From: Selaginella moellendorffii
Taxonomy: Eukaryota > Plantae > Lycopodiophyta
Reading direction: 5' to 3'
DNA: 64,000 bases
Assembly: GCF_000143415.4 (NCBI RefSeq)
Contig: NW_003314343.1
Location: 310,813 to 374,812 of the forward strand
A model generated the notes under the pieces. It saw only the letters and a program-made list of their open reading frames with translations, searched no databases and was not told where the DNA came from. Both the position numbers and the translations under genes were made by a program. This document shows positions 12,464 to 24,870 of this stretch, piece by piece (the stretch's first letter is position 1; each line of letters starts with the position of its first letter).

Positions 12464-15400
12464 ATGCGCTGCGCGATGCTCTCCTCGGCAATGCACGGCG
12501 GCAATGCGGCCGGATCGGCGGAGGCGTCGCGGGCGAGCGATGAGCACGACAGGAATTTGACGGTGGTGGAAGTGGCCGCGGGGAGGGTGAGCGATGTGCA
12601 TATGGCGTCCAGGAAGGCCGAGGAAGCAGGTATGGATTCCAAGGTTTTGGGCCGAGCCTAAATTTTTGTCTCAGCTACAAGAAGGTTTCAAGCGGCTTCT
12701 TGGATCAACAAAATTGTTGGGTGCTCCAAAATACCATCGGAGCCATCGGAGGATGAGCTGCGGCTGTGCCTCCGGAATGGAGCGCTGCTCTGCCGTCTCA
12801 TGAACAGGATCGAGCCCGGTTCCGTCTCAAAGGTTGGTTGCTTTGGTTTTGATGCATTCGTCAGAGTGACTGACTTGCATTTCTGCCGGATGTATCGGAA
12901 CAGGTTGTGGAGACTACCTCATCTGATGGGAGTTTATCGGCATTTCAATGCTTCGAGAACTTGAGGAACTTTCTGGTCGCGTCGCAAGAGATGAGGCTTC
13001 CTACATTCGAAAGCTCGGATTTGGAACAGGTATATCCAATGTTTTGACACCGCATGTTGGAAGTACCACTGACTGACCACTTGCATTTCACTATCAGGCT
13101 ACAGGATCCATGACAAAAGTTGTGGATTGTATACTAGCACTAAAGTCTTACAACGAGTGGAAGCAGACGGGGGCGCTGGGCTCCTGGAAGTACGCTGGAT
13201 CTCTGCGGTCACCGTTGCGAGGGAATGTCTATCCGAGAGGATATGGAAGACCTGGAGGCGCTGAAAATACTTTCAAGAAAAACTCGAGGAAGAGACTCCT
13301 TCCACCTGACAATTATGTCGAAGCTGAAGACCAACCTGTAGCTTCTGGAACGCAAACAGATGAACCTCAAGTGGTAAGAAACTCCTTCCGTGACAGCTCT
13401 TAATGTTATGCATTTGCAACTTAGCCTGATGATGCGAAGGTTAGGGAGGACTTCCAGCAACCTCCGGGAGTACACGTTACAGATGTGAGTTGTCGCCTTT
13501 TCTTCTTTGAACCAACATTCTGTTCTACCTGCTTCAGGGAAAATATTTAAAGAGCAAGAAACTGGACCAAATGCTCGTGGAGGCGCGAATCGAAATTAAG
13601 GTGAGTGAAACCAGCTATAGTTCTGGATGCAGACATTCAATCTATATCCTCTTCTGTTCATGTAGAGCTTAAGATCCGCACTTGAAATCGTCAAGGGCGA
13701 CGCCAATGCGATGCAGAAAATGTGGAAAACCGACGTGAATTGCTTGGGTAAAACATGTTCTTGAAATTGACCAGTATCTAACATTCATTACGTACTGCTC
13801 AGAAAACCAAGTCCTCGGGTTAGCTGCTGATGCCGCTGGATATCGTAAAGCGCTTGCTGAGAATCGAAAGCTGTACAACGAAGTTCAAGATCTCAAAGGT
13901 ACAGAATTTCTACATCAATGGCTTCTAACGTTTTTAAGTTTGCGCAGGGAACATACGAGTGTATTGCAGAGTAAGGCCATCGTCAGACCCTGTAGGATCT
14001 GTCGAATTTATTGGTGAGAATGGGGAAATTATGATTGCTAATAAGGAGTTACGCAAGTCGTTTTGCTTTAACCGGATTTTTGGTCCTCGTGCAACTCAAG
14101 GTTCGTTCTGCACATGGTATGCACTTCATTTGCTCACCCTGTTGGCATTTACAGAGTCTGTGTACCTTGATACTCAACCTCTCATTCGATCGGTACTTGA
14201 CGGCTACAATGTTTGCATCTTTGCTTATGGTCAAACTGGATCCGGAAAAACATACACGATGGTTCGTTTCTGATAAGTATTTTCTTCTTGTGACTTGTCC
14301 TTTGTGATGCAGAGTGGTCCTGATAATCTAACAGAAGAAACATGGGGTGTAAATTATCGAGCCCTCCATGACTTGTTCAAAATTACTACCGACCGCAAGA
14401 ACCTGTTTCAATATGAGATCGTGGTTCAATTTCTGGAGATCTACAATGAACATTTGAGGGATTTGCTCACTGGAGATTCTGGAAACAAAAAATATCCTTT
14501 GGTGTCCTGGTCCTGACTTTTACTGATAGCTTTCCTTGACTTTCTTACGCTGGAAATTCGAAATTGTTCGCAGAAGAATGGCATTAACGTCCCCGACGCG
14601 ACCATGATGCCAGTGAATTCGACCGCGGATGTCTTGCAGTTGATGAAGCTTGGCCAGAAGAATCGTTCTGTTGGTTCAACAGCTATGAACGAAAGAAGCA
14701 GCCGCTCTCACAGGTGCGTCAATGTGCAATCCCGTTTCCATTTTACAAATTCCGGCTTTTCTTTTAGTGTATTGACGGTACATGTCCGAGGCAAAGACCT
14801 GAAGACTGGTGCTGTTCTACATGGGTCTCTTCATCTCGTAGATCTTGCTGGGAGTGAAAGAGTTGATAAATCTGAAGCCACTGGAGAACGCCTCAAAGAA
14901 GCTCAGTATATCAACAAGTCCCTTGCAGCTCTGGGAGACGTGATCGCAGCGTTGAGTGTGAAAAGCTCGCACGTGCCTTACAGGAATAGCAAGCTGACTC
15001 AACTTCTTCAAGATTCCTTAGGTACTTCCAATTCCAAAGGCTCTTTCGACTGACATTGTTGTGTTTTCTGTCAGGTGGCCAGGCAAAAGCTCTAATGTTT
15101 GTACATATGAGCCCAGACAGTGAGTCCTTTAGCGAGACGCTGAGCACGCTCAAGTTCGCTGAGAGAGTGGCCACTGTAGAACTTGGAGCGGCACGAACTA
15201 ACCGAGAGAGTGGTGAAGTACGGGATTTGAAAGATCAGGTACGTTATGCATGTTCCTGGGTGTCACCCGTAACACAACCATTTCTCCAGGTAATGGCATT
15301 GAAAGAGGCGATGGCCAAGAAGGACGCAGAGATAGAAAAGCTAAAGCTTGGTCTAATACCGAAGACAAGGATAAAAGGCACGCCACTCAGAGGCTTGCTG

Positions 15401-16150
15401 GCACCGGAAGCTACCATGTCAGCAGAATGGCACCTTACAACAGAGGACAGTTCACACTCGTCGTCTACAAGCCCGGACGAAGAGGTCTTTGAGTCGTGTT
15501 TGAGCACCGATAGCGGGAAAGACGAAGCGAGCTGTCCGGAGTTACTATTCTCGTCGTCTCCGAGTAGGCCTACTCCCAAACGAATTTTGCAGGAGAAGGT
15601 TCTCAACGCAAAGGCAGTCGTCACGACTTCATTTTCAGGGAAGCCAAGACTCAAGCCTACAGAACTGACCGCGAGTCAGAAACTCTTGAGAAAGAGCGCT
15701 TATTTAAGAGGTTCTTCTTACTTGGATCAGAATTTGGACACAGGTGGCAGATCTCCCGCTAGCATCAGGAAACCGCAACCTGGACCTCAGTGGAGGTTTG
15801 TACTCTCATTTCCAGTTACTGTTCCTGGTCGGCTGCTAATATTATATGCTTTCTTCAGGACGCCTTTACAACCACCTAAGCTCAAGGCGTCTGATCCACG
15901 GCTCTCCTGTGGCGACCAGTTCGCTTCGTCCCGTCGATACTCAAATGTTGGCGTGCCCGCTGATTGCTCGAGCGTGAAACGGTCTTCACTGGGATCGAAG
16001 GAATCCTCTCAGTCAGGTGCGCCTTTAGTCACTCTTTGATCTCTAATCCCCACCCCCCTCTACTTTGATGCAGGCGAGGGAAGCAAGCCAGCATTTGCTC
16101 GCCATCTTTTTGCAAATCCAACATCCAAGCCAACCAAAAGGTGGATATAA
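12464..16150 (+). CDS. Kinesin-14 with N-terminal calponin-homology domain (KCH type)
   Basis: [10 protein letters not shown] domain ([22 protein letters not shown]), neck [24 protein letters not shown], motor motifs [21 protein letters not shown] and [10 protein letters not shown]-terminal KRWI*. Confidence 0.93.
14492..14548 (+). other. U12-type AT-AC intron (57 nt) in the kinesin-14 gene
   Basis: 5' ATATCCTT, branch site TTCCTTGAC (14532-14540), 3' TTAC. Removal restores the frame GNKK-LEIRN. Confidence 0.92.
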
Positions 16151-17433
16151 CTTCTCGTTTTTTTTAACCTTGTCTAGAGCGCCTAGACACAGTCAAAATT
16201 TTCAGGCTTCTGACGTAGAGCTCACTCTATGAAATGCTCATCTTGTTGTACAGTTGATGCTTGATCCTGATGCTGATTGACCCCTGCGTACGTAACAAAC
16301 CCGGCATTAGCTGGAGGGCAGTGCCAAGAAAGACGAGAGAAAACGGATCCTCGGTTGGTTTTTGCTCGACTTTTCTTTCCTTGGTTGGCGAATTGTTCGT
16401 TCTAACTCGTCGTGATGGTGGTGGTACCACAGGCATCCACATCCAGTTCATCCCAGCAGCGAAATTTTGCGTCGTGGCGCTTGATCGACGAGCTGCTTGC
16501 TTGTAGAGTAATTGTCCCCGCTCGAGAATGTAATCTATGCGGCAGCCACCGAGTTGTCTCACCTACAAACTTGGAGAGAAAGTTCCAAAGATCGGTTTTC
16601 TTTTGCAGAGAGAATGGGCCAGGCCAAAAGATTGGATAGAACTTTAACAGAAGTGGGCGATGCGATAATAGAGCTACGAACGCATCCAGGAGGTTCGCAA
16701 AATGATGATAGTTGAAACTTCGCGGGAATGCTGACGTGGGAATATTTGATGCCACGTCGCCTTGGAACTCCTTGTGTGAAGATTGCACAACTATGGAGGA
16801 ATCAATAATGGTTGTGGAATATTTGAACCATATGATTATGATACATTGAAAAATAATAGATGTATAGTTTTGGCTGTAGAGATGGCAAAGGTGTATGTGC
16901 GAGCCATGTGTCCTTCCAGTGCCGCAAGGGCCACACATTCCACGCCAGAAAGCACACTCACTGGCCACTCCATTCCGCGGCGGAATGGAATGCGACCGGT
17001 ATAGAATCCCCCGCTCTCCCGCGACTGAGAGAGAGAGAGAGCAAAGAGAATAGAATAGTGTCCCCCCTTGGTGTCCTCCACGCATCATTGAGAAGATAGA
17101 ATCCGTTCTGCTCTCCACTTTGTGTCTCGAGATTCGAGAGCGATGATTTTGTTCGCTGCGCTGCGCTTGCTCCTCCGCCTATAAATGTTGTGAGCTGCCT
17201 TTGTCTACGCTACGCCTCTTGAGTTGCGCCTTCGTTCTTCCAGTCAGCCTTGTTGTTGTTCGTCCTTCCCTGTAACGTCTCTAGTCGCTTTCTCGGGCTT
17301 TTCTCCGCACAGGGTATCTTTGTCACGACTCCACTCGCGAGAAAGTTTTTGCTTGCTTGCCTGCTGTGAGCGACTTCGAGAGAGCCGAGAGCTCGTTGGT
17401 GTTGATCTTCCCACCAGCAGACTTTGAAGCTTC

Positions 17434-19020
17434 ATGGGATTCTCACCCGCACGAATCTCATCCGTCTCACACGCCACCATGGGAATTCTCCTCCCACATC
17501 TGCCAAAGGAATCGCTTACTGAGACTCGAGTCACGAGCATTTCCTCCATACCTGAGGCAGCCGCTTTAAAGGCTAACGATCTGTCGTCCACCGCCGCTTG
17601 TGAGGCCATGATGGTAAGCTCCAAGTCTCCGCTTCGTCGGTCCGCCGGTATGGATTTAGAATTAGTTCTCCAGTTCGATGCCGTGCTTTTGCCTAGCAGC
17701 GATAGCGATAATGCCTTCTCCAGCACTAGTAGAAGCAGCAGCAACTTGTCCGACTCCACCTCTTGCTCGGACAACGAATCTCTCTGCTCCTACCGTTGCC
17801 TCAGGAGCTTCAACCAGGAGAGCCATGCAGTCTTTTCACTCGGCCTTGTTCACGATGGCGGAGTCATCTGCGGCGGCCTGGGAAACAACCAGATCTCAGT
17901 GTGGAGACACTCGGATGCCACTCACCTTCTCACGTTGAGAAGCAAGCTTCACGCCGGTGCTGTCAAGTCGCTGCTTGTGGCTGGCGACAAGCTCTTCAGC
18001 GCTCACCAGGACAAGAAGATCCGGGTGTGGCGGCTTTCCAAATCCAACCACACGCAGCACACTCTCGTCGCGACGCTTCCAACTCTCAAGGACCTAGTAG
18101 CAGAATCGACGTCATCAAGGTTCTCGAGCAAAAAGAACAAGGCCGCAAGATCAGTCCAACATACCGACGTAGTGTCCGCGCTAGCTCTCGGCGACGGCGT
18201 CGTGTACTCGGCCTCCTGGGACAAGACTGTCAAGGTTTGGAGGCTGTCCGATCTCAAATGCATCGAGTCGTTCGTGGCTCACGACGATGCAGTCAAAGCT
18301 CTGGTGGCAAAAGCGGGATTTCTCTACACAGCCTCTGCAGACTCAAAGATCAAGATCTGGAAAAGAGAAGCGAGCGACAAGAAAAGTAGTAAAACTTACC
18401 ACAGGCACTTGTTGGCCAGAGTTCTTGAGCGTCCAGGCAATTGCTCCAGCGCAGTGAATGCATTGGCACTGGGTGGCGATGGAGGAGATGACAAGGTTCT
18501 CTACGGCGGATCCAGCGACTCATCCATCTCCGTGTGGGAATTAAATCCCGACATGGAAGCCGTGAGCTTGAGTGGCCTTCTCAGCGGCCACACACAAGCA
18601 GTAGCTTGCCTGGCAACACTCCGCGATCTCCTGTGTAGTGGCTCTGCCGATAAAACCATAAGATTGTGGAGAAGAGAGCGAAAGCAAGGATACTCACCAT
18701 CGCATATTTCCCTGTCCGTTGTCCAAGGCCACACCGGCCCCGTCAAATCGATCGTGCTCGCCCCCGACAGGATCGGCCTGTGTAGCATCACCAGTGGAAG
18801 CCTCGACGGCCAGGCCAAAATGTGGAGAGTCTATCCCTGCCAGGAGCGAGACGAAGAAGAGGAAGAATCTCCCCAGTCAGAGCGCTTCTACTTCAATAGC
18901 AGCGATCCACTCACCGCGAGAAGCGAGGCGCAGCAGTGGAAGCTCAGCACGATCAAGCACGCCCTAGACGAAGGCGGCCACTTCTTCCGCCTTGCATTTG
19001 ATACTCTCCAATGCTCATAG
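17434..19020 (+). CDS. Intronless WD40-repeat protein (JINGUBANG/myosin-heavy-chain-kinase-B-like group)
   Basis: 528-aa ORF with WD repeats: LFSAHQDKKIRVW, YSASWDKTVKVW, AHDDAVKAL, GHTQAVACL...SGSADKTIRLW, GHTGPVK...SGSLDGQAKMW. Confidence 0.92.
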   Translation: MGFSPARISSVSHATMGILLPHLPKESLTETRVTSISSIPEAAALKANDLSSTAACEAMMVSSKSPLRRSAGMDLELVLQFDAVLLPSSDSDNAFSSTSRSSSNLSDSTSCSDNESLCSYRCLRSFNQESHAVFSLGLVHDGGVICGGLGNNQISVWRHSDATHLLTLRSKLHAGAVKSLLVAGDKLFSAHQDKKIRVWRLSKSNHTQHTLVATLPTLKDLVAESTSSRFSSKKNKAARSVQHTDVVSALALGDGVVYSASWDKTVKVWRLSDLKCIESFVAHDDAVKALVAKAGFLYTASADSKIKIWKREASDKKSSKTYHRHLLARVLERPGNCSSAVNALALGGDGGDDKVLYGGSSDSSISVWELNPDMEAVSLSGLLSGHTQAVACLATLRDLLCSGSADKTIRLWRRERKQGYSPSHISLSVVQGHTGPVKSIVLAPDRIGLCSITSGSLDGQAKMWRVYPCQERDEEEEESPQSERFYFNSSDPLTARSEAQQWKLSTIKHALDEGGHFFRLAFDTLQCS

Positions 19021-19099
19021 CCAAGAACCCTAGTTTTTTTAAATTCTAGGGTTCTTCCTTCTTTAATGCAAGTGTATACTACAGATCATCTCCTGAAAG

Positions 19100-20287
19100 C
19101 CCTTCTTCTTCTTCTTCTAAACTTTTAAAACTCTTTTCTCCTGTGATTCCTAGGCTGCAACTCTTGTAGATAATCAGCTCATCGTTGCAAAGCTTTCCAA
19201 CATCAAGGGAAAGAAAAGACGTGGCGTGGAACTTGGCAGTTCTAGTGACGATGGCGACTCTAGCAGCAGTGATGATAACAGTGATGACGAAGAAATGAGC
19301 GACAAAGCTCCCAAGCTTGCTCCTCATTCGTTTGGGACTTTGCCAAAAGCAGCCATGCTTTTTCTCAGGTTACAAACCAGGCACCCCTCCAAGTTGTTTC
19401 TCACGGTGGAAAGATTTGCTTTGGATTGGAGTTTGGCGCACCATGGATAGCTTGTGTCGTGCTTTGAACTGATTGATCGAACTTTTTCTTTTGCTAAGCC
19501 TTGCTTTTTTTTCATCCAGGCAAAGTGAATCATCTTTCTTTGTTGCTTTTATATAAACTTGATGATCAGTGGTGTCCGAGGGTGGATTCCTTTGAGCTTG
19601 CGGCTTGCTCCTCCGATGGAACGGTCAGTCTGTGGGAGTTTCCGCTGGTACATGCAAAACGGTGGTGAAAGTCCACAACACAGATGCTAACGTGATCTCT
19701 TGGAACAGGTATACGGTTCTCAAGAACAAATACTTCACTGTCACGTTCCCCAAAGTCCCAGTTTCAAACGGCACTCGCCACTGGCTGTGACGATGGCATC
19801 ATCCATGTATGGCATTTAGACTCTCTCTTGCGTTTAAATTCCATACTTCCTCCATATTTAAATTTTGCAGGATCGTCGTCCCATTTACAGTACTGCTTAC
19901 CATTCTACTGCAATAACTCCCATCGAATGGTCTGCTCATGAATGTTCCATGTTGGTGGCAACCTCTGCTGACTACCATTTAAGGTATGAATTTGTGTCTC
20001 TCTTTTCTCGGTTTAGCTCACATTCTATTGTTGTTATAAGCAGTGTGTGGGATTTGGAAGCTTTCCCAGATCAAGAAGCACAAGTGAAACAATCTCCTCA
20101 AGGTTTGCCTGAAAGCTTGATAAAAGTTTTTAGATTAATTTTTTAATATTCCAAAGAGAAGTAAATCTATCTCTTTTCTTCAGGGACAAAGCAACTTAAA
20201 AGAAGTTCACTGGCATCCATAGCTACTGGAAACAATCTTCTCAACATCTCTCAGCAATTTCAACGTTTTCAAGCCCTCCAATCTCTA
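19100..20287 (+). pseudogene. GRWD1/Rrb1 (HTD1)-like WD40 pseudogene, copy 1
   Basis: Fragments: acidic SDDEE linker, VHNTDANVISWNR, LATGCDDG, YHSTAITPIEWSAHECSML and QGQSNLKEVHWHP*...FNVFKPSNL, with stops, deletions and residual introns. Confidence 0.8.
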
Positions 20288-20377
20288 GAATCTAAAGCTC
20301 TTCTAAGGCGATCTTGAGTTTAAGCGGGAGGGGGCCGGTTGGAGAAGGTTTACCGTGAAGGTACTCTGCAATTGCTC

Positions 20378-21971
20378 TTAGCTACTATAGACGCTTCTTT
20401 CAAGCCGTGCTTTCGGAACAGCAATGAGCGGCTGCGTTTTGTGACAAACCAAGCCATAAGTCTCGTCCATGTTGATCTCAGCTGGATCTTGTCCCTTCGC
20501 CAATTTCCACTCGAATCCCTGAACCAGTGTAGCAATGCCAATCTGCAGCGTGTCAAATCCAAGTTTAGCTCCAGGGCACATTCGCCTTCCAGATCCAAAT
20601 GGCAGCAAGTTGTAATCTTGTCCGAACACGTCGATGTCGGCCTCTAGAAATCGCTCGGGCCGGTACTTCATTGGATCTTTCCAGTGTGCAGGATCGATGC
20701 CGAGCGAATGGAAGTTGACAAAGGCGCAGGTACCGTTAGGAATGGTGTAGCCACCAAGTTTTGAAGGACCTCCTTGGACTACCTTGGGAAGAGCCAGTGG
20801 TGCTAGCTGGTGCAGCCTCAATGTTTCTTTGGCGATTGCAGCGATGAATGGTAGCTGATCCAAGTCTGAATCTTCCACCAATCTGTTGCTTCCAACCACA
20901 GAATCTATATCTTTGCGGGCCTTTTCCATGACGGATGGGTGACGAAGGAGCTCTGTGATGGCCCATTCCAGTGAGAGTGCCGAAGTATCCACTGCACCAA
21001 GCAACATATCCTGAAACAAATTTGGATGACTTATATATTGTGTAAAGCAGGAAACCACTTACGAAGAGAAGGGAGAGCTTGGTAATATCTGAAACTTCTT
21101 CTTCAGTTGAATCCAGAGAAAGGAGGACGTCAATGAACGGAACAGGCTCATCTCTCCTATACTTTCGAGGGTTCCTTCTATGATCTTGCAGGACAGAAAG
21201 CAAGTAGTCGTTCACCTTAGCTATCAGCTGCTTGTACCGTTTCTCCAAGCGTTGAACGTCCAGCCATTTGATTGCTGGGATGAAATCACTGATGTTGAAT
21301 ACCCCTGACAATCTTAAGCTTTCTATAACTGCATCCGCAAAAGCGTCAAGTGCTGCTGTGTTCCTGGCATGCGCCCCGTAGAAACGCTCTCCGAAGAGCA
21401 TGTAAGTGATGATGTTCACGTTCAGGTTGTGGAACTTGTCTCTGAGCTTGATCGGTGTGCCTTCTGCAGACACAATCGAACGCGCTAGACTGCATTGTTC
21501 TTCCCTGCGGATCTTGTCGTAGACTTTGAGCCTGGTTGCCGAGAGCAGATGAGTGTTGACGATCTTCCTGTACAGTTTCAGCTGTGGAGTGTACTCCGCA
21601 TAAACAATCCCATTGAAATCATTGCCAAAATGCCTGCCAGCTATAGTAGGAACTTTAGAAGCAAACTCAAGGCCACGATACTTGTACAGCTCCTTTGCTG
21701 CTTCTTCAGAGCTCACAACTACGAACGGTACTGTACCAAATTTGAGATGCATAATGCCACCGTACTTTCTAGACAGCTCGTGAAGAGACACATGAGGAAG
21801 AGGGCCAATCAAGTGAAGACAACCAATCACAGGCAGGCTAAATGGTCCAGGGGGGAGATCGCTGGGCTTTCTGAAGAACCATCTTGAAGTGACAATCACA
21901 AGCAGCAATACAAGCAACAACGAGTAGCAGTTTTCTTGTAGGAAAGCTGGAATGCTGGACAGAAGCTCCAT
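20378..21971 (-). CDS. Cytochrome P450, CYP71 clan (A-type), copy 1; 2 exons, 513 aa
   Basis: Membrane anchor and PPGP hinge; phase-0 intron 21011-21062 before DMLLGAVDTS; KETLR, PERF and heme loop PFGSGRRMCPG. Confidence 0.95.
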
Positions 21972-22059
21972 TCTTTCTATTCTTTGCTGGAAGGAGCACC
22001 AAACAGAGCAGAGAGAGGTGCTGAGCTTAAGAAGGAAGAAATTCTCCTACCTTAGCAAA

Positions 22060-22218
22060 AGAAATAGCCGTCCTTGTGTGACATGTGTTCTTGTGTATTG
22101 TGTGAAATAGACGTTCTACTTACCTGGCTCCAGTGAGGAGAAATAGCCGGCCTTGTGTGACACGCGCTGGACAATGTTCTTGTATTGTGTGAAATAGACG
22201 TTCTACTTACCTGGCTCA
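22060..22218. repeat. Imperfect ~80-bp tandem duplication in the CYP copy-1 leader
   Basis: agaaatagccg...gtgtgaaatagacgttctacttacctggctc occurs twice here and once at ~39388-39465. Confidence 0.8.
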
Positions 22219-23129
22219 AAGTCGAAGCAAGCTGGACCGAGACAAAGAATCGAGAAAACGAGATTGTGTGACTTATACTGTGGGTTTTAATAGTGATAGT
22301 ATCGCTTGAAATAATTATTGACAAACTGGATCCTTGACTAATCCGTTGGATTGTGAAAGGAGCAAGAAGATCACGTTCTACTTTATTTGGCAAAACATCT
22401 AATCCCCATTATTCTATCCCTTTTAAAGGTATCATAAAATATTCCTTGTATACTTTTTATATACCTTATATAAATAACATAGTGATTAAGTTTCACTCTT
22501 TTTTTATCAAGTTGACAATATTAAAAACTGTAAAAAAAGTTCTATTAATTTCTCTTAGCTTAATTTAGCTTATTTATTGTATAGCTTTTCTTGTATATAG
22601 ATCTTCTAATTGAAATTAATATAATCCATCCATTTTTGTATATAAACAAAGATTTTTACCCCAATGAATATAACTATTCTTATATCCTAAACACTCATAG
22701 TTTCTAAAAATTCTTTAGAGAGTAAGGTTTTTTGGCAGTGGTTTGATCTAGTATTCAAGATTGTGTTTTTGTTTTTATAATTCCCTTGTTCTTTAAATTT
22801 AGATTGTTGTAATTTTTGCTAAGATCAAGGATTGTAGCTATCAATTTTGCTCTTTTTTTAATCTTCATTACATTCCTTCTTTTTTTTTATCATGCCACAT
22901 TGTTCTCAGAGTGTGATGTTTAAGGCTTTATTCATTATCTCAATCTGGCAACATTGTTTCTATTATTGTATCACACATTGATCAAGGTTTTGGTGTTATG
23001 AGGTGTGATTTTGTTACTGCTACTTCAATCCTCAATGTGCTTTAGTGGGACATAGTTACACAACTTTTACTATTTTTGATATTATGATATCTTTTGCTAA
23101 TATGAAGTGTGCTAATGTGAAGTAAATTT

Positions 23130-24870
23130 AAAGTTATATCATTGGGTGTTCTTGATGGTATATTTGGTATTAAATTTTGTTAGATGGTGAATCTTATATT
23201 TTCTAAATATAATGAGCTTGGTGGCTCATGTACTATAATACTGGTTTATCAGATGATAATTTACCATTGAATATCTTTGTGTTCTAATTTATGATTTATT
23301 CACTAATAATTATGTCTTTAAGATATCATTGTTTATGACTTTGATATTATCCATTTTTTGATCTTTCTATTTGGGCCAATATAAGTAGACTAACTTCAGC
23401 ACTTCATGGGCATGGTGAAATCTCTAGTTATGGGGTAGCTACTATCAACTAATCACATCATTAACCTCTCTTTCAATATTTTTTATTTCATTAAAAAGGC
23501 ATGACCATGTAAACAACTTTCATTGTTTGTTTATAATAGTCTATCTAACTTTACCAACTTGAAAGATAATCTATTAGGGTTCAAATATAGATGAAAAGGG
23601 CCTATGAACAAGAATGCACCCCCTTTTTCAATCGACTATTTGGGGTTAAGTGTCCTTAGGTTTAAATAGTACTAGGTTAGGTGACCTATTAAAAAGTCTA
23701 AATTCAAGAGGTTATATTAGGTATCAAAGTAATATGTTAAAAGAGTGGGGTTCTCGGGAGTGTTGTGGCTCTTAGCTTCCATTATTCACAAGGGTGTGAA
23801 TTTACAAGGAAGCGTGGTGGATTGTAGACAGCCAAAGGGAAGGGTCTTGAGATTAAAGGTCTCAAGATATTTGGGGTTAAGCGTATTAGGAGTTTACAAT
23901 TAAATAAAGAAGTTACTTTAACTCATTTAAATTGGTGCATTTCTCACAAAGTGTGGACACCATGAATTTTTTCTAGAATTGTTTCCTTGGCAATGATCTA
24001 GATTATAGTATGCATCGACGAAGACGTTGATCTTCTCTAAGAGGGGGAGAACGAATATGACTATGGGTATCAAAAGTTACATGTCACCTAGTCTTTTTGG
24101 ATATTCTTTTTTGTTGCCACAACAGCAGCAGGAGGTCAGTATTGCTAAACACTTGATCAATCTTCACTTAAGCTAGTTGAGAAGCTAATCATTATATATG
24201 CACTTAGAACAAAAAAACACTAAGGAAATCTTAAGTTGTTATTTAGTCAAGCATACTTGACATGGTGATGAGAAACTCATATTGTTGGATTACACTTACT
24301 AATGTTAGGAACTCTCATGATATTGAGTTTAATCCCTCAATATTTACTATATAATAGCTTATTGTATTTGCCAAACACCTTCGCTATCATGCCCCTTACT
24401 AAATACGAAATGGCGCTATTGTGAATTTGGACATGGGACCAACATCATTATATTCTAGAAAACCTTTATATGTCATAGAAATGCTAAATTAGTAAATCTA
24501 GACACTTTCCATAGATAGCAATGAGAAATTTCACACTTGTCTTAGAGATTAACTCTTTGTACTAAAGGTGACTAAAGGTGAAAGCCCAAAGTGTGCAATC
24601 CTCAAGTGGGGGTTATAAAAGGTTCTAAATATATTGTAAGGATAATAGGTAAGTTGGGCATGATTAACTAATTTGAGGCATAGTTCAACTCCCGCTTATG
24701 TACGTATCCTTGTTTTATATTTGGCTTGGGTCTAAGCCCAAGTTCCATACCATGCTATCTAGTGAAGTACTCATATCCCCGCATTAAATCACCAATATGT
24801 TAAAATAGCACTAGACTCTGTTTAGCTCTAATTTGTGTGTTAGATTTGGCATTAGGATGTTAGATGCTCT
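23130..24870 (+). mobile_element. Decayed gypsy 3' internal region with polypurine tract, followed by a family-2 LTR (continues 26574-26760 after the solo-LTR insertion)
   Basis: gaagacgttgatcttctctAAGAGGGGGAGAA at ~24020-24050 precedes a repeat also found at 32098-32930, 33130-33919 (inverted), 34350-35300 and 41150-41620. Confidence 0.6.

Noticed and set aside
20736-21062. Apparent frameshift or truncation in the CYP ORFs
   Set aside because: Explained by a 52-nt phase-0 GT-AG intron at the conserved A-type position.
22116-22215. TACTTACCTGG matching the U1 snRNA 5' end
   Set aside because: No downstream U1 stem-loops or Sm site. It is the reverse complement of a consensus splice donor.
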